NCBI GenBank assembly: GCA_964016885.1
Contig: OZ024742.1
Coordinates: 2,914,001-2,978,000 of the forward strand
DNA: 64,000 nucleotides
Direction: 5' to 3'
DNA from: Eledone cirrhosa
Lineage: Eukaryota
The notes below the pieces were generated by a model. It made no database searches and was not told the DNA's origin. It worked only from the letters and a program-made list of their open reading frames with translations. Shown piece after piece: positions 61,509-64,000 of the stretch (position 1 is its first letter; the number at the start of each line of letters is the position of its first letter). Both the position numbers and the translations under genes were made by a program.

Positions 61509-61648
61509 AACCAAATAAATATATATATTTTTAAAAAAAATAAGACTTCAGTTGCATTTTCGATTTCATCCCTTTTTCTTTATACTTCCACTCGTGTAGG
61601 ACACCTCGGTTATTTTTCATTTTGTAAAAAAAACCTCACTTTCTAATA

Positions 61649-61704
<56 letters not shown>

Positions 61705-61708
<4 letters not shown>

Positions 61709-61905
61709 TAAACGGAATAGAAAATGCTGACAAATTGTTCACAGTTGAAAAATGGTTTAATTAGGATTAAAAGAGTATTAGTGATTGTATGGGTTAGTAT
61801 TCAGTTGTGGTTTTAAGTTTTTAAGTTTTTACCGGTTGCGCATTTCTAAATGCTTTTCAAAAATAATTTTGAGATAGAGTGTCCGTGTTGTTTGCTCTGA
61901 TCTGA

Positions 61906-61907
<2 letters not shown>
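61705..61907 (-). mobile_element. Second family G copy (no tail)
   Basis: Near-identical to 57340-57510. Confidence 0.82.
61826..61863 (-). ncRNA. Minimal hammerhead-like motif, core UUGAAAA/GCAA
   Basis: TTT-TTGAAAA-GCATTT(AG)AAATGC-GCAA-CCGG-TA-AAA. Confidence 0.55.
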
Positions 61908-61945
<38 letters not shown>

Positions 61946-62140
61946 AATAAAGATTCAGCGAGAATCACATTTCGGCGGGCAGGAAAGGCGAAGCGAAACG
62001 CAAAAATCAAAAATGATACTGGCAAAGTGCTCAATACTTAAAAACCAGAGCTAAACAATGTGTTAAGAAGCCATACAAAACTGAAAAGGTGGTCAAGAAG
62101 GCATTAACCACCCAAGCCAAAACAATATATATATATATAT

Positions 62141-62286
62141 ACAATAAAGTATGTCCATAGAAATAATGTATATATTTTATCAAATGATTCTATGGACATA
62201 CTTAATTGTATATTGCTCTGATTGTTGATTATTTAATTAATTAATTCGTTATTGAGCCACATCATGAATGGTTGCCAAAAAAAAAA
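62141..62286 (+). mobile_element. Mini hairpin + tail, related to family B
   Basis: ACAATAAAGTATGTCCATAGAA inverted at ~62188-62209; tail GCTCTGATT..TTATTTAATT..ATTGAGCCACA as at 3270-3309. Confidence 0.65.
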
Positions 62287-62388
62287 TATATATATATGAC
62301 TTTGTCTAGTTTATATATATGTAAATCTTTATATATATATATAATCACTCCCCCCACACACGCCTATATATATATATATATATATATA

Positions 62389-62735
62389 CCAAATGTTAAA
62401 CAAGGTTCATTGATTATTCAATGAAAATAGTTTTACAATAGATTAAAAGCACTCAACAATGAAGTTTTCGGGAGTTATTAATATTATTCAAAATATTAAT
62501 AAATGGATACATTCACATAATCAAAATATGTTTTATTATATATATTTATATATATTACTGCCAAGACTGGAATTGAACCATCAGCACATTTGAGGTATGT
62601 CATACATCAATTTATGTATTTTATCTGATGAGGACGTACTGAAAAAACAACACAGTACCTCCGAAATATATATAATAAAACATATACTTTGATTATGTGA
62701 ATGTATCCATTTATTAATATTTTGAATAATAATAT
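62389..62735. mobile_element. PLE-type tail + inverted arm (family C relative)
   Basis: ~62482-62548 inverted at ~62664-62732; HHR in the + arm. Confidence 0.78.
62619..62680 (+). ncRNA. Type I hammerhead motif
   Basis: TTTTAT-CTGATGA-GGA.GTACTG...CAGTAC.TCC-GAAA-TATATA-TA-ATAAAA; AUA triplet. Confidence 0.85.
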
Positions 62736-62740
62736 ATATA

Positions 62741-62872
62741 TAAACGGAAAAAATGAAACGAAATTTCATTTCTCACTCTTAGTACGGCTGTTACTTAAAT
62801 ATAAATATGTATACGTACATACATTTATGTATACAGACTTACAGTAGTATGTATATATATATACATACATGC

Positions 62873-62905
<33 letters not shown>

Positions 62906-63590
62906 AGTATGTATGCGAACATACATATGTGTATACAGACGTAGAGTAGTATGCCTATATATATACATACATGCACACATATATATATGTACGTATGGAT
63001 TCACCGAATATTTATTATAATGTTCGGTGTGTTTGTGGACAAACATCCCGAATTAAGCCGTACAGTGTCTAGCAACCAACGTTGCTCATTTGTTCAACAC
63101 TGACAAAGGAACGCTGTACTAGTTTCAATCTTATTAGCTATCGTCAGCAACGTATACCTTCCTGCCAGATGGTTGAACGTCTGAAAGTATATACTTTCCT
63201 TATGCATATTAACACCTGAGCAGCCTAATTTGCATATCGAGTGAGTTAATCGGCCGGGGTACCCAAAACGATAAACGGAAAAAATGAAACGAAATTTCAT
63301 TTCTCACTCTTAGTACGGCTGTTACTTAAATATAAGTATGTATACGTACATACATATATTTATACAGACGTACAGTAGTATATATATATATATATATACA
63401 TACGTGCACACATATATATATGTACGTATGGATTCACCGAATTCACAAAGATGTTTATTTACAAATACACCGAGCATTATAATAAATGTTCGGTGAATCC
63501 ATACGTACGTATATATATGTGTGCATGTATGTATATATATATACATACTACTGTACGTCTTTATACATATATGTATGTACGTATATGTAT
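62741..63590 (-). mobile_element. ORF-less HHR element (family K): terminally redundant ~530-bp unit + inversion
   Basis: TAAACGGAAAAAATGAAACG... at 62741 and 63272; 63449-63590 is the inverse of ~62915-63047; HHR at 63112. Confidence 0.75.
63112..63152 (-). ncRNA. Minimal type I hammerhead motif (weak stem II)
   Basis: CGTTG-CTGACGA-TAGCTAATAAGATT-GAAA-CTAG-TA-CAGCG. Confidence 0.7.
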
Positions 63591-64000
63591 GTCAGGTCAT
63601 TAGTTGGTGCTACTGGTAACATGTATCCCAGTACAACCTGTCTCATGGTCGGGTCGTTGGTGACTACACTGGCAACCCCACCAAGGTTTCTTGGTGAGGA
63701 GGGTGATTTTGGACATCCTGCAGGACTAAAAACAAAACCTGTCAAAGCTCTTAAAAGTCAATGGCCATCCAAAATCACCGGGTGAGATGACCCCTTAGCC
63801 TTTGTCAAGGCAGAATACTAGGAGAAGGAAAACTCTGATATATCACCTGCAACCCTGATGGTATCCAATGATGTTGTCTTGTTATTCTTTTTGGTAAATA
63901 TCATCTTGGTTAAGAGAGTGGGACTGGCTTTGTGCAGTGCCTTTGCTCACTATAAAAGCTTCACGGCACAGACATTGCTTTATATCTGGAGATCTCTCTG
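63591..64000 (+). mobile_element. Possible 5' UTR of an RTE-type LINE (runs off window)
   Basis: Abrupt shift to higher GC; CTAGGAGAAGGAAAACTCTGA motif recalled from RTE-clade 5' UTRs; no ORF reached. Confidence 0.35.

Larger units (their letters stand above)
61305..61644 (+). mobile_element. PLE-type hairpin insertion (family J): ~135-bp arms, 10-nt loop, 60-nt tail
   Basis: 61305-61439 vs 61450-61584 apparently identical in reverse complement; TA runs on both sides. Confidence 0.88.

Noticed and set aside
61305-61584. Hairpin elements as MITEs/DNA transposons
   Set aside because: Arms are asymmetric (one-sided tail), variable in length between copies and carry HHRs; this fits PLE inverted pLTRs rather than terminal inverted repeats.

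Overview
Eukaryotic, AT-rich, repeat-saturated DNA with no recognisable host gene. The SINE types, long (TA)n tracts and element mix suggest a mollusc, probably a cephalopod such as Octopus (inference, not verified). About 31 kb is two abutting satellites: a 52-bp G-rich unit (6997-12274) and a 14-bp CCAGACACACACAT unit (12275-37645) with higher-order duplications. The rest is (TA)n microsatellite packed with insertions: three Penelope-like retroelements (PLEs) with C-terminal GIY-YIG and CxCx5C linker (Hydra-clade-like), more than a dozen ORF-less PLE-type pLTR/hairpin insertions, two non-autonomous Helitrons, one CR1-group LINE with an uninterrupted ORF, and tRNA-type SINEs. By eye I find 20 type I hammerhead ribozyme (HHR) motifs from about 12 families. 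Most notable: (i) several ORF-less, terminally redundant ~0.5-kb HHR units resembling retrozymes/circular-RNA parasites, (ii) inverted arms that stop at a fixed TA-microhomology site, with a shared TTGAG motif just downstream, (iii) family-specific palindromic stem III sequences and non-canonical catalytic cores. All folds and alignments were done by eye; no activity is demonstrated.
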